64,000 bases of DNA. Origin: Eledone cirrhosa (taxonomy: Eukaryota). The position numbers and the translations under genes are program-made. The DNA is taken from assembly GCA_964016885.1 (NCBI GenBank), contig OZ024742.1:321966001-322030000 (forward strand), written 5' to 3'. Position 1 is the stretch's first letter. Each line of letters begins with the position of its first letter. Shown in pieces: positions 42,725 to 56,358 of this stretch. The notes beneath the pieces were generated by a model, which saw nothing but the letters and a program-made list of their open reading frames with translations, did not search any database and had not been told where the DNA came from.

Positions 42725-43579
42725 TCTTCTTCTTCTTCTTCTTCTTCTTCTTCTTCTTCTTCTTCTTCTTCTTCTTCTTCTTCTTGTACTAAAATGCTTT
42801 ACGACATTAGTTTCGGCTCTGCGCATTCTGAGTTCAATTCTCACCGAGGTCAATTCTTATAATCAAGTACTGGGGTTCGGTATAATCCTTTACCCAAAAG
42901 TACTGCCCTTGTGCTTAGAAGCCATTATTGATTTTATTGTTGCTATATATTTAGAGAGAGCATGAGGTCACTTGAACTGCTACAAATAGCAATCAAATCT
43001 CCCTCAAGATGCACCCTAATTTCTTAAAAACGGGAGACGGGTGTGTTTAGGGTATTGCTGTTTATATCTTTCATTTTTACAATTTATTTTTTACAGGTTT
43101 TATGGACCCAGTATGGCTGAATGCTTAAGAATTTCGCTTCGGAATCATAATGCAGCGATTCTCAATGAGAATCTTTTAGATCCTAAGTAAAGAAATTTAT
43201 CCGAGAGAGGAATGAGGAATGGAATTATGAAGAAATACTGTACACTGTGTATGTATCAAATGAAATAACAATATATAACATCTATAAAAGTAATCCGGAA
43301 TTAAAGGTTCACAAAATAAAATCTGCTGCGTCAGACTTAAACCTGTTTGGGACGATACAATTATTGAGTTTTCTTATGTTAATTACTAAATGACATATTA
43401 AAATGGAGGAATTGAGGTAACCTGGGATTGCAAGAAGAATATCTCTAAGAATCACTGACCCTTTCATGCCACACTCTTATGTGAAGAAGGAATTGAAACA
43501 AAATAGTCATAATTTCTATATTTTCTATTATAAAATATGTCGAGAAGATATGTGAGAGAAAGGTGTCGACTGTTTTAAG

Positions 43580-43668
<89 letters not shown>

Positions 43669-44327
43669 ACACACACAAAACATATATATATATATACTTA
43701 CATACATATTTACATACATGCATACATATATACTTATATACATACTTACATACATACGTACATACATACATACATACATATTAATATACATGCTTACATA
43801 CATAGTTACGTACATACATACACACATACATACAAACATACACACATACATACATTCATACATACATACATACATACATACATACATACATACATACATA
43901 CATACGTACATACATACATACATACATACATACATACATACATACATACATACATACATACATACGTACATAGGTGCTGGCATGAATACGTGTGTGCATA
44001 TGAAATAAAAGTCTAACTCTTCATGTACGTGTATGTATACATGTATATGCGTATATACGTCCCATTTATTACACATTAAATGCTACATATACATCATACA
44101 CACAACAATTTCAACATTAAACAAAATGGCTTCTCTGTCCATTAGAGAGAGAAAAAAATTAGCACTAAATTTCCTAATTATTTTTATTTAAGCAATTAAA
44201 AAAGAATGAAAAGATTTTAGTTGAAGCATTGTAATTATTACTAATTGCATCAATACACGTGCATAAAGACACGCGCACGCAAACACGCGTAAACACACAC
44301 ATACACACACACACATATGTATGTATG

Positions 44328-44364
<37 letters not shown>

Positions 44365-44377
44365 CTGTGACTGTGTC

Positions 44378-44428
<51 letters not shown>

Positions 44429-44437
44429 GTGCATGTA

Positions 44438-44505
<68 letters not shown>

Positions 44506-44517
44506 CATATATATACA

Positions 44518-44603
<86 letters not shown>

Positions 44604-44875
44604 CAAGTGGTACAATAATACATAGTCTCCATATATGCAGACAATTACAGAAATATGAAAACATATATATATATATATATGTATGCATGCATGCATACAT
44701 ATATATATATGTTTTCATATATATATATATATATATGTTTTCATATATATATATATATACATATGTGTGTGTGTTTATGCGTGTGTTTATATATGTATGT
44801 AGGTATGTATGTATGTATGTGTATGTATAAACATAAAGCAAGAGGGGTGACAGGGAGATAGATAGATAGATAGAT

Positions 44876-44940
<65 letters not shown>

Positions 44941-45001
44941 TTAATATGCAGGTATAAGACTATTCGACAGGAGATAAATTAAATTCTGTTAATCATAGAT
45001 G

Positions 45002-45052
<51 letters not shown>

Positions 45053-45451
45053 TAGATAGATAGATAGATAGATATTTGAATGTATGTATGTATTCATTTA
45101 TGTATCTATGTAATGTATGAATGTATGTATATGTATGGATGTGTGTGCGTCTGTGTCTGTCTATGTATATGTGTGTGTGTGTGTGTATACTTCATACTTA
45201 CTAGCCAGCATCATCATTTGTTCTATATTTGGCTTTACATCTCATATGCGCACACACGCACACACATACACACGCACACGCTTACACACATACACACACA
45301 GGCATACATAAGTTTTTTACCCCCTAAATATTTCACTAATTATATAGAAATTTTCTCAAAGCAACAAAACATATGAGAGGACACAATATACAAATTTCGT
45401 AAAGTAGGAGATAAAAAAGTTTTTAAAAAATATATAATATTGAATAAATGA

Positions 45452-45537
<86 letters not shown>

Positions 45538-46005
45538 TAATAATAATGATGATGATGATGATGATGATGATGAGGATGATGATGATGATGATGATGTTTA
45601 AAATAAGCGAAATTGAACATAAAACAACACAATGAAAAATAAAGTAGAAAAAAAATGGATGTTTAGCAGACGATAGAAAATCCGCCATTTTCATCCTCTT
45701 AGTGAAGAAGTAATATTATGGCCGCACCTAAAAGTTTTGGAGGAAAATCGACGACAAAACGGTTTGGAAAAATCATTGGGCCACTCCTATTGTTTTAGTT
45801 TAATTGTAGAAGATACTGATGACTTGAAGTTTCAATCAAATCTTTATACCCATTTATTACAAATTTTTCCTGCTCTTTCCATTTTTGTTTTATATTATGT
45901 TTTTGTTATTGTTGTAGATTTTCGTTTTAGCTTTTGTTTTGGTCGTTTATATATATATATATATATATATATACTTAGCTTTATTTTGGTTTCTTCGTCT
46001 ATTTG

Positions 46006-46111
<106 letters not shown>

Positions 46112-46344
46112 ATAATGATGTCATTGTATTGTTTCGGTTGGTTAGTATGCTATTTTTATTTGTTTTGTTGACTCTTTGATTAATCTATTAATACGATGTT
46201 GTTGTTTTATTGTTGTTGTTTTGTCTTTTGTCATATTTGGTTTTATTTATAGTTCTGTTTTTATTTCGTTTCAGTTCATTTACACATTCTATTTGTGGGT
46301 GTGGAAGGTATTACTTTTTGTCTCGCGATATTTGTCTTGACTCT

Positions 46345-46975
46345 CAGTGTTCTGAGTTCAAATCCTGCCAAGATTAATTTTGATTTTCATCTTTTCGTGT
46401 TCTATAAAACAAAATACCAGTCCAGTAACAGAATTTGCTCCACATTTTTGCATTTTGAGTTCAAATCCTGCCTGAGTTAACTTTGCCTTTCATCATATCA
46501 AAGTCGATAAATGCCTCCTAGTATTTATTCTCACTCTCTGTGCTCTGAGTTCAAATCCTTCTACGGTCAACTTTGGCGTCCATCATTTTGCGGTCGATAA
46601 ATAAAGTACTTGTGCAGTGTGTTAGATTAGCGGAATTGTTAGTATCTCAAATATGATGTCCGGTGGTATTTGTTCTAGATTTCTGCCTTCTCATATCAAG
46701 TCCAGCCAAAGTCAACTTTGCCTTTCGTTCTTTTAGAGTCAATAAATTAAATACCAGTGCTGAGTGGTGGATGGATTAACGGAATTGTTAGATCGTCTAA
46801 CGTGGGGTATGCTTTAAAGCCATTGTGTAAGACGGTGGATTAACAGAGTCGTCGTTAAGAAGGTATTTGTTGTTGCTTTCAGCTTCTAAGGTCAATTTGT
46901 TCTTCAACATTTCGAGGACAATAATTAAATTACCTGGCCAGAGCGGTGGATTGGCGGAGAATTTAGAGAGTCGGA
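46345..46975 (+). repeat. Head-to-tail array of about 6 degenerate tail-less SINE units
   Basis: Recurring (GGTGGATT.GCGGAATTGTTAG)..GAGTTCAAATCC..AACTTTG.CTTTCATC..GTCGATAAA..AAGTACCAG. Confidence 0.7.
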
Positions 46976-47129
46976 AAGGAATTTATCTCAAACACAGGGT
47001 GGCATTTTGATGAGTAAGAGTTCGTATATTAACGGCTAAACTGAACACTTTCAAGGTGATTCCCTGCCGAAATTCAGTATATATATATATACTGGGGTCT
47101 GAATTTATATATATATACATATACATATA

Positions 47130-47320
47130 TAATTGTTTCTACTTTTGGCACAAGGCCACCAATTACCCAGTGCATTACTGGTACTTTATTTCATCGACCC
47201 TGTAAAGATGAAAGACAGAGTTTACCTCGGCAGGATTTGAACTCAGAATGGCAAGGACCGTAACTCTATGCGTCCAAGCATGGTGTGCGACCCTCTACCG
47301 ATACTGCCAATCCACCGCCA
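47130..47320 (-). mobile_element. tRNA-head SINE, full length
   Basis: Same family as 28055-28250. Confidence 0.85.
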
Positions 47321-47856
47321 TATACATATATAATGTGGATTAGAGCTGGTTATTTGCATTGGTACAAATTTTTGTGTAACGAATTCTACACATTACGTTC
47401 GAATGGACGCAATATGGCCGAATGGTTAAATAGATAGCTTTGATATCATTAGGCCCCGGGTTCGATCTTGAGCAAATAATATTTAACAAAGCCACGAGTC
47501 TACCCATGCCTTGCGGGTGAAAGTGGGTTGAAACTCGTCTGATATACTGTACCTGAAATACAAAGAGCCGGTCTTAACGTTGTAAATCTCCTTCAGAATT
47601 ACGTTAAGGAGATAGTGTCTCTCGAACATATAGCTATTTACACCTTAATTGCATAAGAAAGCTGTTAGAAAGATGAAGCAGCTGGAAAATCTATCGTCGA
47701 AACCGACAGAGATCCATTTCATTACGTTACAAAGGTATGGGATTTTTTTTTCCTTTTTCTTTGCGGATTACATTGAACAACCTGCTTTTGGTTACATAAA
47801 CACGATATGGAATATGTCGGACCGTATAATGATTTACCATGTTTATAATATATATA

Positions 47857-47939
<83 letters not shown>

Positions 47940-47941
<2 letters not shown>

Positions 47942-48665
47942 GATATTAACAAATGGAAACTATATTTATAAAATCATATTTATTTCATTATACATATTTC
48001 AATGACACCAAGTTAAATTATGGTGTGCTTTCATCAGATAAAATATAATATAGAGCAGTTTTATGAATAAATATTGACATACCCTTAAAGAATGCAACCA
48101 TTACTGTTGGAAGCTCCCGGATAGTGGAGTTATATCTTTAATTATACTATTAGGTAAGTTAGTATTGGATATTTTTAAATAAGCCGTTGGGTTACGGAGA
48201 AAGAGAGAGAGAGAGAGCATAACAACAGAGAGAAAAAAAGAGAGAGAGAGGAGAAAGAGAAAGGAGAGAGAGCGAAAACTCTAAGTCATATCTTGTTGAG
48301 TTATCTTAACATTTGAGATGAAATCAATAAATAAAATTATTTTAAAATATCCAATACAAACTTACCTAATAGTATAATTAAAGATATAACTCCACTACTC
48401 GTGAGCTTCCAACAGTAATGGTTGCATTCTTTAAAGGTATGTCAATATTTATTTATAAAACTGGTCTATATTATATTTTATCTGATGAAAGCACACCATA
48501 ATTTAACTTGGTGTCCTTGAAATATGTATAATGAAATAAATATGGTTTTATAAATATAGTTTCCATTTCTTAATATCGTATTTTTACTCCAATTATTTGT
48601 TGAGTGCTTTATATCAGTTATAAAAATATTTCCTTGTTGTATCCCAACAATTTAAATAGAACTTT

Positions 48666-48670
<5 letters not shown>
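47940..48670. mobile_element. Fold-back PLE pLTR with intact-core hammerheads on both arms (about 47980-48045 minus, 48474-48537 plus)
   Basis: 47940-48180 is inverted at 48340-48580. Core reads CTGATGA-AAGCACACCA..TGGTGTCCTT-GAAA-TATG-TA. Confidence 0.78.
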
Positions 48671-48704
<34 letters not shown>

Positions 48705-48906
48705 ATTTACATATACATAAACATAAAGTCGTTGATATTTGTCGGATATTTCTTCATAAGAGCCTTTATTCTTATAGCTTGGTCTAATTGATTTTTTATA
48801 TGGTTAATTATGCTAATTGGGAGAGGAAATGGTATATATTTTATCTAATAATTCTAAGGACATAATTTATTATATATATATATATATATATATATTATAG
48901 AGAGAT

Positions 48907-48985
<79 letters not shown>

Positions 48986-49117
48986 GAAAGAAAGAGAAAA
49001 AAGACCTAGATAGATACTATATATAGTATATATGTATGTGTGTATACATTTATATATATATACATATATATATATGTATATATATATGTATATATATTAT
49101 ATACAATATATATATTA

Positions 49118-49163
<46 letters not shown>

Positions 49164-49361
49164 CGTGTGTAGGTGTGTATATATATATATGAAAAGGTAT
49201 GACCCCGACGTCAGAGCTCAAACCGTTTCGACGGCTATTTCGAAACGGCTTGAGCTCTGCCGTCGGGGTCATACTTTTTCCTATTTCCCACTCTACTACC
49301 CTAAGTATTGAGTACTCTGGTGCGTTATGGTCCATCTGGTTCCTTACCACAATTCCTTTGT

Positions 49362-49395
<34 letters not shown>

Positions 49396-49567
49396 GATAG
49401 ATAGATAATTTAATATATCTACTAACATAAGCGCACAGATGTACGCTAATGCCAGCAAATACACAGGTTATGTCATAGTACCTAGGTGGTTCAATGCAGG
49501 AGAATGCAGAACAATAATATAAAAGACGTAAAATAAGAAAATTTTAAAAAAATTTTCTTATTTTACG

Positions 49568-49605
<38 letters not shown>

Positions 49606-49623
49606 ATATATATGTATGTATTA

Positions 49624-49683
<60 letters not shown>

Positions 49684-49756
49684 TTTGTTTAGCAAGATTC
49701 TTTATCTGAAATCGTGTGTTGAAACCGATATTGGCAACATGACCCTCCCAAAGTAT

Positions 49757-49833
<77 letters not shown>

Positions 49834-50191
49834 ATAAACCACGAAGGAGGAGATAGAGGGACAAAGAGATAAACGAAAATGTGAACTTTTATAAATATGT
49901 AAACTATGCTCTCTAATACCCTCTTCTAATAAATATACACCTTAAATTTATTATATACATTTTATCATATTTTCTGTAGCATGAAGAAGCCGAAACAATT
50001 ATCAGCTGAAACCAGTACGATAAATTATTTTAAAAAAATGTTTTGCTGTTATTCTATGAGAAAACCCTATTAGCATTTTCTACTCCTTTTCTTATTTTAC
50101 TAATATATATATACTCTCTATATTATTACATTGCGATTGACCATACGGAATAGACCAGCTCTATCCAGTGGTGAACCTCAAACCTGAATAA

Positions 50192-50285
<94 letters not shown>

Positions 50286-50501
50286 AAAGAATAGAGGTGT
50301 AACACACGAGTTATGATATATTGGTAAAAGGAAAAGAAAATGGTGACAAATTGTTCCAAGTGAAAAATAGTTTAATTAGGAATAAGTAAAAATTAGTAAT
50401 AGTATTGGTTAGTATTCAGTTTTGGTTTTAAGTTTTTACCGGTTGCGCATTTCTAATGCTTTTCAAAAATAATTTTGAGATAGAGCGCCCGTGTTGTTTG
50501 C

Positions 50502-50555
<54 letters not shown>

Positions 50556-50624
50556 TTAATATAGATGAGATTCTACAGAACTAGAACTGTTTCATTCTTT
50601 AGAAATCATATATAGTATATATAC

Positions 50625-50657
<33 letters not shown>

Positions 50658-50752
50658 AATTATGTGTTAGTTTATTAACGGCACTTTTGTATGCAGGGTA
50701 GAGGAATTATGAATAAATGAAATGAATTATAACACGTTGACTTGTATTTCAC

Positions 50753-50807
<55 letters not shown>

Positions 50808-50813
<6 letters not shown>

Positions 50814-50905
50814 AAAAGGGATGAAATCGAAAATGCAACTGAAGTCTTATTTTTTTTTAAAATAAGACTTCAGTTGCATTTTCGATTTCATCCCTTTTTC
50901 TTTAT
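50808..50905. repeat. Near-perfect ~95-bp palindrome adjoining (TA)n
   Basis: AGAAAAAGGGATGAAATCGAAAATGCAACTGAAGTCTTATTTT..AAAATAAGACTTCAGTTGCATTTTCGATTTCATCCCTTTTTCT. Confidence 0.85.
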
Positions 50906-50961
50906 ACTTCCACTCGTGTAGGACACCTCGGTTATTTTTCATTTTGTAAAAAAAACCTCAC

Positions 50962-51031
<70 letters not shown>

Positions 51032-51668
51032 ATTAAGTTCTGGTATATCAAATCATTACCATAGAACAACTTTAAATCATAGACACACTATATATTTCCG
51101 GGGGTACATTGTACCCTCAGATATATATTAACCTTATTCAATAATCTCCAGTATGTAGAGATACAAATTTGTCGTTCTATTTAGTTACTAAAAATCTTTT
51201 TTTAGTGGCGATTATAGACGGCTAGTCTACGATTTCCCGCCTTCACTATACACCAATGTATTTACGGGTCACTTTCACGACCTTTTAGACCTGTATTAGT
51301 TGGAGTGAGGTCATATATTTTGTCGTTCCTGGGGTTTTTAACCCTAGGACAGGAAAATGCTTCTCTGATGATCGTTGCTTTTCCATTAATATCCTCGTGA
51401 TATTTAATGTTTTGCACCGTGAAACTGTACAGTTAGGGCCATTTGAATAGGTAAATATTTATATTATATTTTTTAATTTTGATTAATTTTAATTGTATAT
51501 TAATTTTGATTTATTTTGAAAAATTGGTTGAATTTTACTTGTTCTGCTTATCTCGATATATATATATATGTATGTGTGTGTGTATTCGCACTCACTCCTT
51601 CGTTCACTCCACCCCGCTTCACACCCCTGCTTTCTCATCCCTACCCCTGCTTTCACCCAACGCCCACC

Positions 51669-54449
51669 ATGCCCAGCCTGAGATCCTTTCTCCACCAACT
51701 ACATAATCGCCTCAAGCTTTTCCTCACCCCCCTCCTCCCACCCTGCTATCTCCCCTCTGCCCTTCAACTCTCCTACCTCTCTTCGCCAAAATCCGGCACT
51801 CCAGCCACATCCATTTCCTCAGCCACTGCCTCCGCCTCCACCTTATTCCCCTCGGCTTCCGTCTACACTTCCACCCTTCCCCCGCCGCTTCCCCCTCCAC
51901 GCAACGTATCCTCACCCGATCTTCACGCCTCCTGATGCGCAACTCCATCCGCGCCTCCCGTTCCACCCTCCGCCAACTTGACCACCAACTGACCCCCACC
52001 CTTCTCCGCCTTAACTCCACCTGCCATCCCCTCCTCGCCCAAGCCATCCTCTCCTTCATCCAAAACCTCAACCACAACCTCTTCTCCTTCCTCAGTTCCA
52101 CCAAAGCCCGCAAGCTACACTCACTCCTCCCAACCACCCCCATCCACCACCACCCGCCCATCCCCATACGCCCACCACTCTCCACCTATCCCTCGACCCC
52201 CCCCCCCCCCAATCTCCCCCCCCAACCCCCAACCCTTGTTGTCACCATACCCCCTGACCTCCCTCTCTCCGCACCTGAGCGCTCAGTCGTTAGTAGAGGC
52301 CTTCGCTTCATACCCCACACTCCGCACAGCGACGAGTTCCGCACCCGAACGGAAGTCGAGCGATTCGTGCGACGCACTAAGCTACAGGCATATTTCGGCC
52401 GAACGTCACCGGCTCCGGACGCCCCAGACCCGTTTCTCGCCCTGCGCCGACGACCATCTTCTTGGACGCCAGCCCCAGGGCAATTTAGCACCCTGGACGC
52501 CTTCGTCGATGCCACCCGTAGCGCAGTAAATCGTTTCGACTTCCGCCACCGTTCCAAACAGTACAATATCGCACGGGGCGAACTCCTCGCTCTCCGCTCC
52601 CTCCGTAGCCGAGATGACATCGTCATCAAACCGGCGGACAAGGGAGGTGCCGTGGTGGTATGGCGCGCGGACCTCTACACGGCCGAAGCCCTCAGGCAGC
52701 TCTGTAAACCCCTCTTCTACCGCCCTCTATCCTCCGATACCAACAACAAGTCTCCTCCACCATCAAAGACCTTATCGCCTCCTCCCTCCTCCCCCCACCG
52801 CTTCCCACCTCATCGTCCGCACCCCAGCACCCCCACCTTCTACTTCCTCCCCAAACTCCACAAACCCGACAACCCCGGCCGCCCCATCGTCTCCGCTTGC
52901 AACTGCCCCACCGAACTCATCTCCGCCTTTCTCGACTCCATCCTCGCCCCCCTTGTCACCACCCGCCCCTCCCACATCTCCGACACCAACCACGCCCTGC
53001 GCCTTTTCGACTCCTTCACCTACCCACCCGGCCCACAGCCCTTCCTCTTTACCCTAGACATCAAGTCCCTCTATACCGTCATCCCCCACGCCGACGGCCT
53101 ACGCGCCCTCAAACACTACCTCGACCTTCGCCCCTCCCCCATTCCCTCCACCCCCACCCTCCTTCGCCTCGTCGAGCCGGTACTCACCCTAAATTGTTTC
53201 TCCTTCTCGGGTGAGTTTTACCAACAGGTCACGGGGGTAGCCATGGGTACAAGAATGGGCCCGAACTATGCCAACCTTTTTGTTGGCCATGTTGAGGCCC
53301 AAATCTTTGCCCAGTACACCGGCCCCACGCCCGAACTGTACGGTCGTTACATTGACGACTGTATCGGAGCCACGACCCTCACCCGAGAACAGCTCGACTC
53401 CTTTCTTTCCTTCTTCTGCTCCTTCCACCCCTCCCTCCACTTCACCACCTCTATCTCCACCACCCACGTCCACTTCTTAGACATCTCCGTCGCCTTCGAC
53501 CCCTCCCACCACTCCCTCGTCACCTCCACCTTCTTCAAACCCACCGACTCCCACTCTTACCTCGACTTCACCTCTTCCCACCCCACCCACACTAAACACT
53601 CCATTCCCTACTCCCAACTTCTCAGGATCCACCGCCTCTGTAGCCGAGATGCTGACTTCGAGTCCCAGGCCCTTTCCCTAGTCAGCCATTTCATCCGCAG
53701 AGGTTACCCCTCCCCCTCTCTCGTCCACACCGCTCTTACCCGCGCCCGTGCTGTCCACCGCTCCACCACCCTCACCCCACGCCACCGCACACCCACCCAC
53801 CGTCTCCCCTTCCCATCACCTACCACCCCTCCACCTTACCCCTCCACCGCACCATCCGCCGCCTCTTCCGACGCCTCCAGTCCGACCCCTCCACCTCCCA
53901 CATCTTCCCAACCCCACCACTCCCCTCCTTCAAACGCGCACGCAAACTCCGCACCCTCCTCGTCCACAGCTCCCTACCCCCAACCCACGCTCTGTTCCCC
54001 CCCCCGGTTCCTTTCCCTATTCTAGGCCCCGCTGCAACACCTGTCCCCACATCACCAACACCACCACCTTCCAGGGTCCCAACGGCCACTCTCTCTCTGT
54101 CCGGCATGCCTTCCGCTGCACCCCCTCCAACCTAGTCTACGTACTTCTACGTACTTCGCGACTTATGTCGGACAGACGGGACGTCGCCTGGCGGACCGAT
54201 TCACTGAGCACCTCCGGGATATTCGTCTCGGTGGTAGTTCCCCCATCGCCCGCCACTTTGGTGGCCCTGGACATTCCGCACGCCATCTCACAGTCTGTGG
54301 CCTACTCCAATGCCACGGAACACCCGCCAATCGCCTTAGAGTCGAACAAAGAACTATCTTCATCTTACAGACCCACACTACCCCGGCCTGAACTCCCCAC
54401 CCTCATACCTCTAGCCTTCGCCCCCCCCCACACACTTATCCCCCACTAA
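51669..54449 (+). pseudogene. PLE RT + GIY-YIG ORF with several frameshifts
   Basis: HIHFLSHCLRLHLIPLGFRL; RGLRFIP; IVIKPADKGGAVVVW; FYFLPKLHKPDNPGRPIVS; TLDIKSLYT.IPH; GVAMGTRMGPNYANLF; RYIDD; FLD; KPTDSHSYL; SIPYSQ.LRI.RLCS; RPRCNTCPHI; NLVY..YVGQTGRRLADRFTEH. Confidence 0.88.
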
Positions 54450-55884
54450 CACCTCTAACACACCCCTCCTTTTCACCGCCCACCCCACAACTAACAATAC
54501 TAACACCTCCACTCCACCCCTCATCCGACCACCCTTCCCCAACTAACATACTAACATCCCTCACTTCTTCTCCTCCTCCCCCTCCTTATCACACGCACAC
54601 ACCCACCGGCACATATATACACGCGCTCACACTATACACACACCCTACTACCACCACTAACCCTCACTCTCACACCTCCAACCCATCTCCCCGCAACTAA
54701 CCTCACTAACACCCCTGACCCCAAGCACACGAACACACGCACCCACTTACACCACCCACCCACACGCAACTAACATCACTAACACCCCCCAACCCCACGC
54801 ACACGTACCCACACACCCTCGTACACCACCAACTCTACACACCCTACCACCACAACCCCCACTCACACCTGCATTCAACCCTTCCCCACCTCCCGTATAC
54901 TAACACCCACTACACCCCTTCATCAAACTACACACACACCAGTACACCACACTCCCTCCATAGAACTACACACACCCTTCTTTCCCCGCTCCACTCACCC
55001 TCGCTCCACACTCACTCATCCCACTAACACCTCTACTAATACACACACACACCCTCCTCACTCCAACTTTCACACCTACCCATCCTCGCCCCTTTACCAT
55101 TCCACCGACTGCTGATATGCCCTCTGACCACCTCCCAGCACAAACAGACACACAGCACTCCCACTGCTTGACCACTTCCTGTTGCGCACGCACCCCCACA
55201 TCTCTCCTCTTCCGACCATCTCTTCGTGGAATAATCGTATGCGGAACTTGACCACCACAGAATCCACTAAACATCATAGGATTTTACCAACTTTTCAACC
55301 ATCCTCTTACGGAACCACCACCTATATAACTCACCCACACACACACCCCCAAAAAAATGTTCTCCACACGCCACCTACACCCGCAGCACGCTTAAACCCC
55401 ACACACACGTGCTTTCCACCACATATTTACACCCTCAGCCTCCTGATTCCTCTCCCCCCACCCCTCTATCCACACATGCACAGACACTCCGACCTAGAAC
55501 CCCCCACACACACACACACACACACCTCTTCCTGAACATGCAACCCCGTTCTTCCTCCAACCCTTACTTTCACATCCACACACACACACACACACACGTA
55601 CACCTACACACACACACCACCTTCAGCCCTCCCCGCTCGGACACAACGTCTCCCTCTCCCCACTCCACCCGCCACCACCCCTACACACCCCACATCCTTC
55701 CACCACCTGTTTTACCCCCCTTTTTATTTCAGTTTATTTTGATCATGCTTTTATATTTAATTTTATTTCATTCCTTGTATTTTGATCATGCTTTATTTTT
55801 ATTTTTAATTTCATTCGCACCGTTTCCTTTCGCAATATCTCCCCCCCCCCCTACACACCCTTTGAACTCTGTTCCCACACACTT

Positions 55885-55920
55885 CTCACCCGAGGAAGGG
55901 CTTATGCCCGAAACGTCGTT
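55885..55920 (+). ncRNA. Degenerate minimal hammerhead of the Neptune-like pLTR
   Basis: CCGAGGA-A-GGGC-TTAT-GCCC-GAAA-CGTC. U4 is replaced by C and stem I pairs poorly. Confidence 0.5.
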
Positions 55921-56358
55921 CCCCACCACCACCCCACTCTCCAGAGCGTGAAATTAATAAACATTCGTTGTACTGCCTCTCTGTTTTGTTCCTGTTCAAA
56001 TTTTTCCATTATATATATATATATATATAAAGCAGTCAGCACACGGTAGAAATAGGAGAGATGAGTGGTTTTAGAAGATATGAAAGGGAGAAGAAACGGA
56101 CGCAAGATAAACATACACGTTGTCTAATCATAATACTTAACGTACACACACTCACATATACATACACACACACCCACGTACGCACATGTATATATATATA
56201 CATGTGCGTGTGTGTGTGTGTATGTGTGTGTGCGATTCTATGAATGTATGTATGTACGTACCCATGTATGTAGGCAGGTATATATGTATGTATGTAGGCA
56301 GGTATATATGTATGTATGTAGGCAGGTATGTATGTATATATGTATGTATGTATGTTAT

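Larger units (their letters stand above)
51587..55990 (+). mobile_element. Neptune-like Penelope-like element, near full length, strongly C-rich sense strand
   Basis: RT, a Cys-containing linker, GIY-YIG, a ~1.4-kb C/A-rich 3' region, a hammerhead-like motif and AATAAA, then (TA)n. Confidence 0.88.

Noticed and set aside
46345-46975. CRISPR-like repeat-spacer array
   Set aside because: The units are degenerate SINE pieces of irregular length in a eukaryotic context with no cas genes.
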